DNA of 64,000 bases from Octopus sinensis (GCF_006345805.1 NC_043000.1:90582001-90646000), one strand, 5' to 3'; shown: positions 28,391 to 43,622, counted from the stretch's first letter. Notes: generated by a model not told the origin, from the letters alone. Numbers and translations are program-made.

Positions 28391-28858
28391 GTGCATATAC
28401 CTATGTGTGTATGTGTGAGAAACTAGTAGACTTGTAGTCTTTAACGTAAAGTTTAAAAGCAGACGACACGATGTGTTTAACTAGTGTTTAAGTCGTATGG
28501 ATTTAGTCATAAGAAAATTAAAGTTGTCATTCCCAAGTTAGATTTGAAGGAAAAATCTGGATTAGTTATCGCACATAAGACAAACTGCTTTTAGTTTTAA
28601 TTAGACACTTTTTTTTCAAATATAAATCGGCTGTCAAACAGATTGATAACTTTTTGATACAATAATTAACTCATATTTCACTCACAAAGAAATTAGATAA
28701 AAAAATGATGGAATAAGATAAAAAATGTAAAACAAATGAAAGAAAAAAATTCTTCAGTTCAGAGAAAGAAGAGAATAGAGTTTAGGTGTGCCGGTATGTG
28801 TATGTATGAGTGTAATAGTTGGTATATATTGTGTGTGTGTGTTTATATATGCGCGTGT

Positions 28859-28863
<5 letters not shown>

Positions 28864-28939
<76 letters not shown>
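28864..28939. repeat. (GA)n microsatellite
   Basis: Direct reading. Confidence 0.97.
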
Positions 28940-29740
28940 GGGGGATAGTATGGAAGGGAGAGAGTGGGAGAGAGAGAGTAGGGAGTGTGTATGTGTGCCC
29001 AGACGAACACGTAATAATATATATATTTATGAGCATTTCTTCGAAAATATACATAAATTTGCATATATATATATATATATATATATGCATATAGATACAC
29101 GTATATATAAATATATACATATATGCCTAAATATGGATTCATAAGTGTATCTGTATTTATGTACGTACTTATGTATGTATTTTGCTGCAAAATCTATCTA
29201 TCTTTCTGTATCTACACATACACACGCCACACACACACACAGACACACACACACACACACATGTATATGTAACTACCTACAATGATGGATTTCATTGTAG
29301 TATGCAAAATACCAATTTAGCAAAGATATTTGTAACATTGTCTGAGATTTTGTCTACCATTTCTAAAGCAGAAATAATATAACAATAAAATAAATAAAAC
29401 ATTTTTACAAGAGTAAAAATATATAAAAAATAATATTAGTGTATTGATTATCAATTAGAATAACGTTCCACGTAAACAGGGCATTTTTTCTAATATGGCC
29501 GAATGCTGGTTTCTGGCGTGGTAGCCATATTAAAATGCACGTTTTAAAAGTGCTAAATTAGAGGAACTCGGGAGGAATAATGGCCAGATCAAAATACAGC
29601 GCTAATGTATAAACGCGTTAGGCTCTCTTCATATTTTAGAATTAAAATTTATGACCTCCTCGTCTCAGTTGGCAGCAATAAGGAAGGAAAAGCAAATATG
29701 TATCAGAAAACAGAGGAAGAGGAAAAAAAAAACATTTAGT

Positions 29741-29762
29741 AATAATAATAATAATGATGATG

Positions 29763-29796
<34 letters not shown>

Positions 29797-29900
29797 TAAT
29801 AACAATAATAATAATAATAATAATAATAATGATAATAATAATAATAATAATAATAGTAATAATAATAATAACAACAATAATAATAATAATAACAACAACG

Positions 29901-29978
<78 letters not shown>

Positions 29979-29990
29979 TGATGATGATGA
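29741..29990. repeat. (AAT)n microsatellite
   Basis: Direct reading; source of the poly-N/I/L/Y ORFs. Confidence 0.97.
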
Positions 29991-30325
29991 AGAAAAAATG
30001 AAAGAATGGGGATGAAGAACAATACTAATAAAGAAGAGAAAAGGATATGGAATGTTAACCGGTGGATAGGAAGGGGAGATTGAGAGCAGAGAATAGAATT
30101 TAAAAAGAAAAAATGAAAAATGATTTAATCTATAAATTTCCAGTAGAAAAAAATCACATGCGTACATTCACACATCGAGAAACACCCATTCAATGTATAT
30201 GTATGAGTGTCTACGAGTACGCTTAGAAATATGAAGGCATTGATTCCCTTATATAGACACACACACACAAATCTGTACACACACGCATACACACATAGAA
30301 GCACAAACACATATCTATCTATCAG

Positions 30326-30401
<76 letters not shown>

Positions 30402-30470
30402 ATTTATATATATACCTACATAACCATTGTTTTTCCTGACATCTCTTTATCTTATCGTTTATATATATAT

Positions 30471-30828
30471 AGGCGCAGGCATGGCTGTGTGGTGAGAAGC
30501 TTGCTTCCCAACCACATGGTTCCAGGTTCAGTCCCACTGCGTGGCACCTTGGGCAAGTGTCTTCTACTATAATCTGTGTGTGTGTGTGTGTGTGTGCATG
30601 TGTTTATGTGTGTGTATATCTTTCTGTCTGTGACTGTGCCCCTCCATCGCTTGACAACCGATGTTGGTGTGTTTACGTCCCTGCATCTTAGCGGTTCGAC
30701 AAAAGAAAACGATAGAATAAGTACCAGGCTTAGAAAGAATTAGTCCTGGGGTCGATTTCTCCGACTAGAAGGCAGTGCTCCTGCATGGCCGCAGTTAAAT
30801 GACTGAATCACGTAAAAGAATAAATGAA
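30471..30828 (+). mobile_element. SINE family A
   Basis: Complete head AGGCGCAGGCATGGCTGTGTGG, family body and tail. Confidence 0.9.
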
Positions 30829-33800
30829 TATTCGTTATATTTATTCGTGTAAAAATTGTCTATATATCTTTATCTATCTACATATCTTCTGTCTGTCTGT
30901 CTATCTATCTATCAACACACTCACGCTCACACATACACACAATAAATTATTTTGTTATTCTTAATGATGTTTTTTTCTAGTATTCACTCTCTCTGTCTCT
31001 AGATTTGTATACACACATACACATATAAAAAAAATAGATATATCTTAGTATGTGTATACATGTATACTAACATATATATTTCATGTGTTCATAATCATGT
31101 ATACTTAGAAAAATCAGTGCTGTCAATATTACAGTCATTTGGTCTCGGTATGTCTCTATGGTAAATGATCTCCACGCAACGACCAAGCTGCTAGCTAAGA
31201 AGCAAGTATTTACAATGTCCTGTAATATGCCACCCTGTATTCTGCAAGGATCATAGTAATTTGATATTTTTGAAAACTTGTTCCCAGAACTGACGATAAC
31301 ACTTCTGATAACAAAGCAAGCAGTTCTGAGGAAGCTGTTACATCGACCCAGGTACTAGATAGGTACCTTATTTTATCGATCCTGGAGGGTGGATAGCAAA
31401 TTTGACCTCAGTGAAATTCGAACTCAGAACGTCAAGAACCAAGGTAAATAACGGAAGGCATTATTATTCGACATTTAATCGATGCTACCAATCAATCACC
31501 CCATAGATATATTTATATTTTCTCTCTATCTAATTTGAGTTCAATACTGTTTTACTCAGCGAAAGTTACCAGTAGCAGTTGTGTTTTTACTCAACGAAAA
31601 TTACCAGTTGCAGTTGTATGTTCAATTGGCTTTACTAGTACAAATTTACAAATTTCTCACCTTTTCCCAATTAACCCCATCTTAGATATTCCTACCAAAC
31701 AGAGAACAGTTGTGAGTATGCATGTCTTTAATATATACAAAGTATTGATCAGCACAATTGCATTCAATTATATTCAGTAATATACGAGATCGATATTTTT
31801 TCTTAGCCACAGATCAACTCTGGTTGAGCAAATCTATGATCAAAAGATGTTCCAACTGTAACTTTCTCATCAGTCATTCAGACAATATATACATTATTTA
31901 ATATAGCTTTCTGGATTCTTCTCAAGAAGAGCGTTAGCTAAGGGTAATTTGGCTGCGATCTTTAGCCGATCAGGCAATCTCTAAAGAATCTCTCGTTGGC
32001 CTTTACTCAGTGCCTAGTAGTGTTATACTTTTAATATTGTTTATATATTTTTCCACACTTCATTTATTCTGCATTTCATTTAAAGACATTATTTCTCATT
32101 GATGTACTTATTGCAGACATAGTCTTTCCAGATTGTTTCGGGGGATATATACATCACCCTGTAATGTATAGTAGCCTTTATTTCCCGTCTTTATAAACCG
32201 GCATATTTCTTATTAAGTCATATTATCATCTTTTTTTTTTTGATTTCGATTTTGTAGTATATGTATATTAATATCTTTTTGTGTGTGTTGGAAACTATAT
32301 AATTCTCAAATTTTATTCAAATTCGAAGGTCTTACAAATTCTCTTTGTGATTTTGTTGTTTCTGCTGCGTAGTCGTTGTTAGCATCAGGTCACCACTATG
32401 ATCTAAGCATCCCGAACTTTTAGTGGGTACGCAGGAGTATATAATTTAATGTATTAATTTCTTTTTAAGACGGTGATAATTTCTTATTTCATTGGCAGAT
32501 GTATCGACGCATGAGTCAAGGTAAACGTCATAGTTTAATTATATATGATATTATCAGTTCTCATTAGGAAATATTATTTTCAACCCAGTGTGTATGCCTT
32601 TCTATTTGAGATAATTACTCCATGGCTTCTAATTTATCTAACATTAGTAGATGCAGTCACTGTACGTTTTGGTCTGCTTTTCATGCCGTTTCGTCTGCAG
32701 CGGAGCATGTATTGTTTTCATGATGTGTTTCAAATAGTTAATGTCAATATCTCTGGATGTTATAGAGCCAAATATCAGCTGTTCTCCTGAGACATTCAAT
32801 ACTTAGCTACGTAAACTGAACTACATATATTCCAGTTGAAATACCAACTATAGTCTTTTCATAACGATCACTCAAGTGATATTAAAGATCAATTGGTTGT
32901 CTTTATATATACGTTTCGTACTATCTTATTGAACAGCATTTATTGTTAGTTACAATTATGTGGTTTTCTGTTTCTCATTTATTGCCCCGAATCATTCAGT
33001 CATCGATAACTTTGCTCTTTGACAAAATCCGGTTTATTTAGCCGTTTAGCGAGTTGATAAATACATTGGTTTTATGCCTTATTTGCTGCTTATTGTGCTC
33101 TCTAGTACATGTTTGATTTATCTAACTTCAATATTTGATCTTTCGCATTAGATTTTTGTGTCAGTCGTTTCACCTATGTGTTCTCAAGGTTCTGTGTGTA
33201 TGTGAAAATTTTCAACGTTTTCGTTTGTACGAAAATGTGAGACGAATGTATATGTAAGTATACGTTGTTTATGAGACGCAGATTCACTGGTTTCGTAGCT
33301 CGGAGTTTGCTTTTATTGGCATATGCGTGCGGGATGTGTTATGTTTCTCATACATAATTCTTTTCGTACACAACTAAGCGTGCCTCGTTTCTATGATGTA
33401 GATATCAAACACAATAATTTGTGCTTGATGTCCCTCCAATGAAGTCCACAACTGTTTAATATCACTGTCCCTCTGAATATATAGTTTTTAGGAGTATTAT
33501 CCATTTGAAAGATCATTCTGTGCTTAGTAGTGATATTATTTTATTATTTTTAAATGAATAATATAAGCTATCATATTTTAACTGTATTATTATATATCAC
33601 AAAGTGATATATAAACATTTCTAAGTAGCTGGTACGGCTTTGCTGTCATTTGTTCCTTCAGCAGAATATGTTTTGTTTCAAAACAAACTCTAGATAAGAA
33701 TTATATTGATTATTAGCGTTGAGGTCTCTAACAGTTATTTAAGAGAAACGCTATTGGTTGAAAATATGTCGACAGGTTTTGCTACGAAGATACCTTGTGT

Positions 33801-34915
33801 TTGCTACCCAGGTGTTTCTGAGAGCCTGTTTATTATTTAATTGAAACACCAAGTTTCGTTGGCATATAATGCAAGTAAATACTTAATCCAGAAGTGTTTG
33901 ATCATTTCCACCTGGGTCCTTTCTAATTATATTTCAACTTTTTTTTATATTCTTACTTCTAAAACTTGGAATAATACAGCGATTTTCTTTTTAAACTCTT
34001 TTAATTTATACATTTCTTCAAAACGTTTCTTTGATTACAAAACTATTCGATAGAATTCTAACATTTCTTCATTTGATGTTTTATTATTATTATTATTGTT
34101 TTTTTCTAATGTTTTTCTTTATTTGAAATAAGTCTCAGTAGAATCAGTTTTTATCCTTTCCAAAAATATAATTTTATTGAAATTGTTTTTGATTTATCAT
34201 AAAGTATCTTATCTTTAGCATTTTCGCCTCTACTTGGAGTAAATTTCATTCTATTTCTTTATGATCCTATTCTCTGTAAATTTTATTATTTTGTTAGTTT
34301 GTTGCAGCTTAAATTTTCTTTATTAATTCATGTGGTTATTTATTTTTCATTTCATATTTTAGTTATGTTTGTCTTCTTTAATGAATTACTTTCTCTTATT
34401 TTTCTTCCCACATAAACTATCACTCACATAACAAACATCACAGCCTTATAATGTTTAACCAGAAGGACTTTATAACACTTCATTTATCTAATGAAATTCT
34501 CAGTGATTCCACTATCGAAGATATCTTTAAATCGGCTAAGTATATCTCAGAAGATTCCTTTCAGGCTTAGATTCTAGTTTAGATTCCTAAACTGTAGAAA
34601 GTGGAACGCTTAGCAGGTGTGGAAGAATCGCTGAATGGCTTGTTGAATATGAAGAAAAAATTTGAAAACATTTCAAGTATACTAAAGCGGATAAGTGAAT
34701 GACTTTCACATCAAAACGTAACGAAAAAAAGCAGAGACACTTCAAAGTAATGAGGTTAACTCTATGACGCTATAAAGGCTCCCTTTTCATCCCGTGTCTC
34801 TTCCCAAAGAATTTCTAAGACGAAATGGCACATGGGGAGGCTTCTATTTATAAATACGTGGACGTGAGAAGAAAGATCGACTTCTTTTCCATCTAAGATC
34901 AGAGATAAATCCAAA

Positions 34916-34978
<63 letters not shown>

Positions 34979-35078
34979 CTTTGGGAACATCACAGTGGAT
35001 GATCACATCAATTGGTAGTTGCGGAAAGCGTATATTTCCTCTATGCAATATATTAGAGCCTACACATACACATACGTA

Positions 35079-35609
35079 CCGTAAATCCTCGAGTATAGCC
35101 CGTCCTTGAGTATAATATGCAGGGGATTTTTAGGGGGCTGTACCTCTGCAAAAGCTAAACCTTGTGTATAATACGTACCCCTTCTCTAACTTGAGTTGTG
35201 CGTAATTAAGCCAGCAGCACCTAGTCGAACAAACACTTCTACGCATGCGTAATACGATAATGGTGATGTTCTTAACTGTTATATGGGAATGTAAATATGT
35301 TTGCAAATTGTTTTTGTTGCATGTTATTCTGTGTTCTGAATACTTTTATTTTAATAAATGTTGCTTACTGCAAGTTATGGATGATTCTTTTATGACTCCA
35401 TTGCTTTCAGGTATTTCAGGTATTGCTGAAGGTATTTTCGCGCCCGAATTCACAAAATGCGTCTGAATAAACATTGCCGGACAACAAATAGAGACTCGGA
35501 CATTGCTTAGAAAATACTTTTCATTTTTAACCTCGCATATAGTACGCTCTAGGGATTTTGACCTTTAAATTTTTGGGGAAAAATGCGGATTATACTCGAG
35601 GATTTACGG
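35079..35609. mobile_element. Tc1/mariner-superfamily (Tc2/pogo-like) MITE
   Basis: Perfect 19-bp TIR CCGTAAATCCTCGAGTATA with TA flanks on both sides; no coding capacity. Confidence 0.9.
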
Positions 35610-36204
35610 TATGTAGATAATCCCACACGCACATACAAAAACAAAGACAAACACACGCACACACACACATACACACAAAGACAAACATACACACACCCAC
35701 ACACGCACACACACATTTTCTGACTAGTCCCATACAAACTATATACCACAAAAGCATGATGTGAAGCTTTCTTTTATATGCATGGACACCACTTTTGTCT
35801 ATATATCCAAAAACTGTATTTTTTCAAATACACAACCACAGTCATACACACGCATATAAACACTCACTCTCTCTCACACACGTACATACACTAGCATACA
35901 CACGCTTACAAACAAACCTACACACACAATGCACAGTGATAAACAACAAAAGGAAATCAACAGGTTGTACTATATTTTCTGTGAGCACAAAACAAGCATC
36001 TGCGGATATCGACATGAACACATGCACTTGTATACATACGTATATACGCAGGCAACGGAAAACAGATTTGTGAAGTATCTGGGTTACGTAAATATTCACG
36101 CATGTACCAACAGATACAGCAAATACCTATGTTTTTACGAAAAACTCAATAAGAGAATTGTTACTTACACCAAATTTTCTGTCTCCAAGGAAGTATGTGC
36201 ATAT

Positions 36205-36251
<47 letters not shown>

Positions 36252-36277
36252 CATGCATACGTACATACATACATACA

Positions 36278-36313
<36 letters not shown>

Positions 36314-36488
36314 TATATATACATGTGTGTATACAGACCCAAATATATGCATATGTATAAATAACGTATATATACACAAATACACAGTCTGTATTGATAT
36401 GTATTGTATGGATGCATTACATATGTGTATATTTATATATGCATATATACATATGCATATATAAATACATGCGCACATAATATATGTA

Positions 36489-36525
<37 letters not shown>

Positions 36526-36845
36526 GTATATATATATACATATATGTATATTATATATATGTATATGCATATATATATGTAGATATACACACACACACGT
36601 GCTGTAAAGTGGATACTCTTCACTGTATGTTGCATTCTGGATAGTATGTTAGATCGCTTACAAACTTCACGTGCACGATCGCAAGTAAACGTATCTTATG
36701 GATGCCCACGAATCTGTGCGGACATGTACACTCATACACGCATGAGTATGCACAGGTACACACATACGAATACGCTCTCACATATATAAACATCTCTCTC
36801 TCTCTCTATATATATATGTATATATATATATATATATATATAGTC

Positions 36846-36910
<65 letters not shown>

Positions 36911-36931
36911 ATATATATATGTAATATATAT

Positions 36932-37008
<77 letters not shown>

Positions 37009-37235
37009 TATATATATATACAGTTTCGTTAAGGTATATTTGTCTATTTTGTATCTTTCACAATATATACGAGTGTTTCATTTGACGCTTGTATGTTTGC
37101 TTAATACACGGTAACATAGAGTTTGCTTCCCCTTTCTCTCCACCGCTCTACCCTTTCTCTCTTCCCTCTCTTTATGTGTCTCTCATAGCCTCTTACTAAC
37201 CCTCAATTTCTTACCTCCACATTCTCACTGTTTTC

Positions 37236-37268
<33 letters not shown>

Positions 37269-37274
37269 CTTCAG

Positions 37275-37280
37275 TTTACT
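37275..37280 (+). other. Candidate 6-nt microexon, or the start of a 67-nt exon ending at 37341
   Basis: TACTAAC branch point 37194-37200, AG-free pyrimidine tract, TTCAG|TTTACT|GTGAGT. Confidence 0.35.
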
Positions 37281-37587
37281 GTGAGTCGGCCTTATCAACG
37301 AATGGCTATGTGTCTGCAAGGACTGTTGATCAATAGACGTTGTAAGAGGTTCTTCTATACAAGCTGATCAATTAGACAAAGAAAGTAAATAGTGCTTCGT
37401 GACCAACACATCAATAATTGGTCATTTGATGTGTTAAAGATAAGATATCAATGTTGCTGACGGACCGAGTCAATAGATCGACGACGAAAGGTTTAGCTTT
37501 GTATTCTAGTGTACACATAAATGCATACATACATACATACATATACATACATACAAATATATATACATATATACATACATACAAATA

Positions 37588-37626
<39 letters not shown>

Positions 37627-37649
37627 GATATATGTTATATATATGTATA

Positions 37650-37694
<45 letters not shown>

Positions 37695-38216
37695 TATTAT
37701 ATATTATACACACACACATAAACACACGTATGTGTTTATCTATCTACAAACAGATAAATACACAGAAACATACGCACGTACTTGCATATGTACATGTGTG
37801 TGTGTGTGTGTCTGTGTCTGTGTGCACGAGTGTTGTATACATGCGTAGATGAATATATACTTAGCGGTATACACATTCATATATGTACATTCACACACAA
37901 ACACACTGACACAGACAGAGACACACACTACCCCATACACGCATCCACACACATGTATACATATACATGCACACATATATCGAAATATATATACATATAT
38001 CAATATATATATATATAAATATATATATACAGAGAGGCATACACACACACACGCATACAAAAGCACACACACACACACACAACACACACACACTCACAAA
38101 CGCATATACCTACATTTATCTATGTAAGACGGTAGAGAAGACCGAATAGAATTTGTGCGCAGTAAAAGTATATACATTTATACATGCGTTTTGGGAAGGA
38201 ATGCAGATCAATGACG

Positions 38217-38250
<34 letters not shown>

Positions 38251-38779
38251 ATATACGTATTCATGTAAGTATACTATATGCAAATATGTATGTATGTATG
38301 TATGTATGTATATACTAGGGAGTATAGGTATCAAGCGTATATATGCACATTGAATACAGACATATACCTATAGCTACATACGCACACACATACGCATATA
38401 TATTTGTGAGTGTGTTGGTTTTGTGTATATATGCGTAGATTTGTATGTGTAGTTTACTCTCTGTTCGTTCTTGTATTTAATTAAGCGAACATGAATGATC
38501 TTGGATCGTAGAAATCTTATGATATACATTTCAACGTTTTGTAACTCTTCTACAAATTTAATGAATGTCCAATAGAAATTCTCCTTTCTATTGGAAAGAA
38601 GTAGAACAAAATTTACACCGCTATGAAATTACATTAATTTATACACTGATCCATTAATTCATTGTCTTATGTATTTGAAGATCTCGTTTGCCTGTTGACT
38701 GTGTGTGTGTGTATTCAATATACAAGGTTATAAGAAGCGTTACGAAGGGGGTCGCACATTTGACAAGCACATCGCATTC

Positions 38780-39180
38780 TTAGGGGTGGTTTGCCCACTT
38801 TGGTCTCCACCTGACACCTATCTCTCCCCTCTAGCTTAAATTAGCTGTTTGCATGTAACGGCGGTCACGTTCCGTTAAACCGCCTCGACTGGCGGAATAA
38901 ACCAAGTAAGGTAGCCAACAGTTATGTAACTCTCAGTGAATTATAGCTTGCCTACCTATGGATGTTGAAGACTGGATCCGGCGAACTCTGCAGAAGAAGC
39001 CTTCATTGTTCAACGGAAAGGAATGCAGTTGCAGCAACGCATTGTAGAATGCAGAGAGCAAGATAAAACAAGAGAGAATGTTATTCCTTCACTGCATCCG
39101 TCTCCATCCTCAGACTTTTGACCTGATCTTGGTCTTGTGCCTAGATTGAAGATGTCACGGACTAAAGCGTGAGGTCGACG
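38780..39180 (+). mobile_element. Probable LINE (RTE-like) 5' UTR remnant
   Basis: GC-richer block (GGATGTTGAAGACTGGATCCGGCG) recalled as RTE-type 5' sequence; not verified. Confidence 0.3.
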
Positions 39181-39312
39181 GTGCGCAAGTCTTTATTTTA
39201 AAGAAAGTCATTGCGCAAGTCATCAGTCATTTTTCACCCAGGATGACTTGATAGTCCCCATTGTTTTGACGGCCGAACATGCATTCAAGAAACACCTACT
39301 GTTGTGATACTT

Positions 39313-40320
39313 GAGTATATCTTCAGTGTTGTATCGTGGAGTCATTGGGTGCTTCGAAATTCACAACATGCACCCTCATCCAAATGATCCGAGCTAGGAT
39401 GATCAAGATTAGGCCAGTGTTCAAACGGCATTCAACTGATTCCCACCGATCACTTCCTTTTAGCCAGAGCCATTTAGCTGCTTTCTCAGTAGATTTTACG
39501 CTGTTCTTAATGGTACTTCTGCAAGTACAGGTAATGCTCAAAGTTTCATAGGCCTTTCTCAGAATATGACCTGCGGAATCATGGCTGCCAAACTCCACTG
39601 GTAAACACATTCTTTCAGTAGTCTTCTCCACTCATTCTTGCAGTAGTCCTCTAAAAACTCCATGTAATTCTTTCCTTGGGCCTTCTCCATTCTCTCCTTC
39701 CAGGGTACAGTTAATTTCAGTAGAACTAGCTTCCCTGATGCCCTGATAACCAAAATGATATCTGGTCTCAGTAAGGTTTGAGGGATGTCGATGGAAACTT
39801 TTGCTCTTTCTCGAGATCAACTTTCATATCCCAGTCCCGTGTTGTGAAAAGCAATCGCTCGGAACTGATTTTGAGTCTTTTCGTTGACTGCTTTTTCTCC
39901 TTGACTAAGGTTATGATTCTGGCTGTAGCGCTAGCATTTTTGCAGTCGCTGACCCCTTTGCTGGTTGCCCTAGCGATTGTCTTGAGAACTTGATCATCTC
40001 TCCAGCAATTGCATCTTTCACCCAATGACTTGGATCAGCTGCTTAAAATGTGCTCGAGGATACTCGTCTTAGAACACAAGGGGCTTGCAGGAGTCTCCAC
40101 TAGACTCCATTTAAATAGATGGAGAGGACATCATAGACACTCTGGATCAAGAAATTGATCCACTGGAGATCACGCTTCCAGATGTCTTCCACGTGACATT
40201 CCACTCCACTGCGTTCTCTCATTTCATCAAGGTATCTCGTTTCCGCACCAACGCTTCTCTGCTTATCCGCTATTACCCTACTGATGCTTGCATCTTCTTT
40301 CTGCACCCGGAACCTCTCTT
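39313..40320 (-). pseudogene. Degenerate RLE-type non-LTR retrotransposon (HERO-like), C-terminal part and 3' UTR
   Basis: Frameshifted minus-strand peptides WKRDLQWINFLIQSVYDVL, WRDDQVLK (RHD), DWDMKVDL, LRPDI, LKLTVPWKERME, PVEFG, EKAAKWLWLK. Confidence 0.85.
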
Positions 40321-40881
40321 TAGCCTCTTATTAATAATATTTTGTGATATATACAATTGACGTGTGAAAAAACTGTTCCTTGTCCTAACACAGAAGCTTA
40401 CCAAACGAAAATAATATATATCGGTTTTACTGCGACTAGAGACGAATTGGATTCTGCAAACACGCGCTACACATTCACAACTTGGTAGACAAATGATAGA
40501 TATTTTAGGTGTTTCGTCAATATTAAGACCTAATTCTGAGTTATTTGATACGCAACCAACAGTTTGAACTTATGAGAACCGATGTGCAGGTGGACCAACA
40601 TACATCTCATTCGTTCGTCCAACTCACCTGTTATATAGGTAATAATTTTAGGTAATTGGAAATATGGAACTTATATACTCAATTTTGAACTGGAAAGAAA
40701 AACGATCACCAAAGATTAATTAATCCATTATCGAAGATTATTCAAATCAATAGCTTTTATAAAATATGTAAATGACCGAAGTGATTAATGCTTATATCTG
40801 CTAGCAACATTAAGAAACAGTAATTATATGTTATCATTTTAGAAATTCGTCTTAAAACAGTAGTAATCATACATACATACA

Positions 40882-40917
<36 letters not shown>

Positions 40918-40947
40918 TGCATATATATGTGTGTGTGTATGAGTTTG

Positions 40948-40980
<33 letters not shown>

Positions 40981-41170
40981 ATGTACCTCAATATACATCA
41001 CTTTAATTTCAAGCAGCAGACCTATGGCCCCTGGTAATTTCCCATAGCCAAATATCCGATTAAAAATTCACGAGTGAATTTTGGTGTTGCACGACAAAAT
41101 ATAATGATTTTCATAAACATATTTGGAACCCACTTTCTATGCAACTACTTGAATCCAACACTCACACTTG

Positions 41171-41223
<53 letters not shown>

Positions 41224-42135
41224 ACACACACACACACACACATACACACATGCATACACATACACATACACAATGCACTTTTCTTGTATATTTGTACGTG
41301 TGTGTGTTGCGTGTGTGCGTAATGATACGTTTATACATATTCTTATAATAGTACATATACGAGCGTGTCTAGGTACAGGAGTTGTATGAATAAATATGTA
41401 GATTTATAATTCAAACATTTACCACAAATCATAACTATTTAAATGTGTAGTTAACACAACATTCATTTATTCAATCCAATATACTGAATTTTCTTCAAGT
41501 AATTAAGAAGATATCGGGTTTAGACACTCCAAATGTGTACCGGTTTTACGAAACTATTGCAGAATTAGTCTTTTTCTATTCAACATTTCAACTAAGACTC
41601 ATGTTTACTTGTTTTTATTCTTAAATAACGAAGGGCAAAGAAAGAACTCTTTTCAAAAGGTCACCCGGTTTCAATTGACTCATATCATCACGTTAGCTAT
41701 AATCGTCTTTCTGTTAACAAATGTCTTATGATATTAGCTCTCATCGTCTGCATACAGGTATCATAAATTGCTGTCAGCCATCTTCGTGTCGGCTGTCAGC
41801 AATTATCACTTGCTCTCCTTCAGTTGTCGCCTTTCATTAGTCAACAACGTCTGTCTTTCCTTATCTTCATCTGAAGTTATCGTCAAACGCTAAACCATTA
41901 ACGGCTGGTCTTTTGTACATATTATATGCACATAAGTATATGTATGTGTGTATGTAAGTATGGATGTACATGCGTACACACACATACATACACGCGCACA
42001 CACATATATGTGTATGTATATGTGTATATATATAGGTATGTATACGTATGTATGTGTATATGTATATACATACACACATATCAAACACACATACACATAT
42101 ACATGTGTATGTATGTATTATGTATGTATTATGTA

Positions 42136-42201
<66 letters not shown>

Positions 42202-43513
42202 CATAGGTACACATACATATATATGCACATATTCATATGTATTATATATATATATGCATATATTATCGGCTTTGTAATATTATAATATATATATATATAT
42301 ATATGTATGTAATTTTCTCTATATACGTGTGTGAGGCGGTGTCCGCGTGAACGCAAACGTATGTAAATATATACATATACATACCCTTCGATGCATACAC
42401 ACACACACACACACACTCACACACACATATCTACTGCATTTACAGAATGCACATCCGCATACACAAATACATGAATACACACTCACACATTCATTCGCTG
42501 CTAGTCTTATTTTGTTTGATGAGTTCTTTAGCTGCCTGTCTGCCATTTTAAACTGACATCTCTCATCATCTGGTGCCAAACATCAACCGATTTAATATTT
42601 TTACTTCTCCATCTTTTCATCGCGCTCTGCTATTTGCCTGTTGGAGCTGACCACCTACATATATGAAAGAAACGTAGTAATTTAGGTTACTTAGACTAGG
42701 ATGATGTGTGTGCGTGAATTTATATATGAGAGCGAGTGTGTATGTGTGTGTGTGTTGTGTGTGTGTGTGTGTGTGTGTGAATTAGTGTATGAAAGTACGT
42801 GAGCATGTGAACGTGTGATACAGAAAAAATCTTTGGCTTCCGTATGATTCATTAAACCAAGGATCTTCATCTAGAAATTTCCATTCCCCTGGATGTTGGA
42901 CGGAGCAAGATTTTTGTTAAGGACATCCAGTAGTTGGCCAGGCATGCCGGTCTCTTCTTCCCGCGTAACCAATTTTGTCCAAAAGAAAGAAAACGGCAGC
43001 TAAGTATCAAAAGGAAAGAAACGGGAGCTAATATACTTGAAGGAATCTCGTCCTACTTTCTCACCATTCCATAATTCACCAATACTTTGATTAACAATTC
43101 CTAAAAGGACAAAATGTAGAGCTGTCTGCCGCAGGTTTCGAACGTAAGGCATTGGATAATACTCTCATCTCGATGTTTTGCAAATAACGCTCTAATAAAT
43201 TTACTAGTTGAGCTACACTGGCGAATTTCACTAAAACAAGGAAAGAAATATATATTCTTCACGTGGTTAATAAACATGTTAGAAATAGAAACTAAATTTC
43301 ACTCATAGCATAGTAAAGCATCAATGAAACAGAGGATACTGTAATTCAAATCTGAATCAATAGATATTAGGTTGGCCGAGGGTAAAATGCCTTTGATTTG
43401 AGGCCTCAGTTCGATCAGAAGTGCCATAGGTTAAGTACAGCAGGACTCTCAAGTGTCACTTGGAAGTAAGAGCGGCTTCATAATATGTTGTTTTTGTTGT
43501 GTATACACACACG

Positions 43514-43548
<35 letters not shown>

Positions 43549-43591
43549 CACACACACACAGAGGCACACACACAGACACACACACACATTC

Positions 43592-43622
<31 letters not shown>

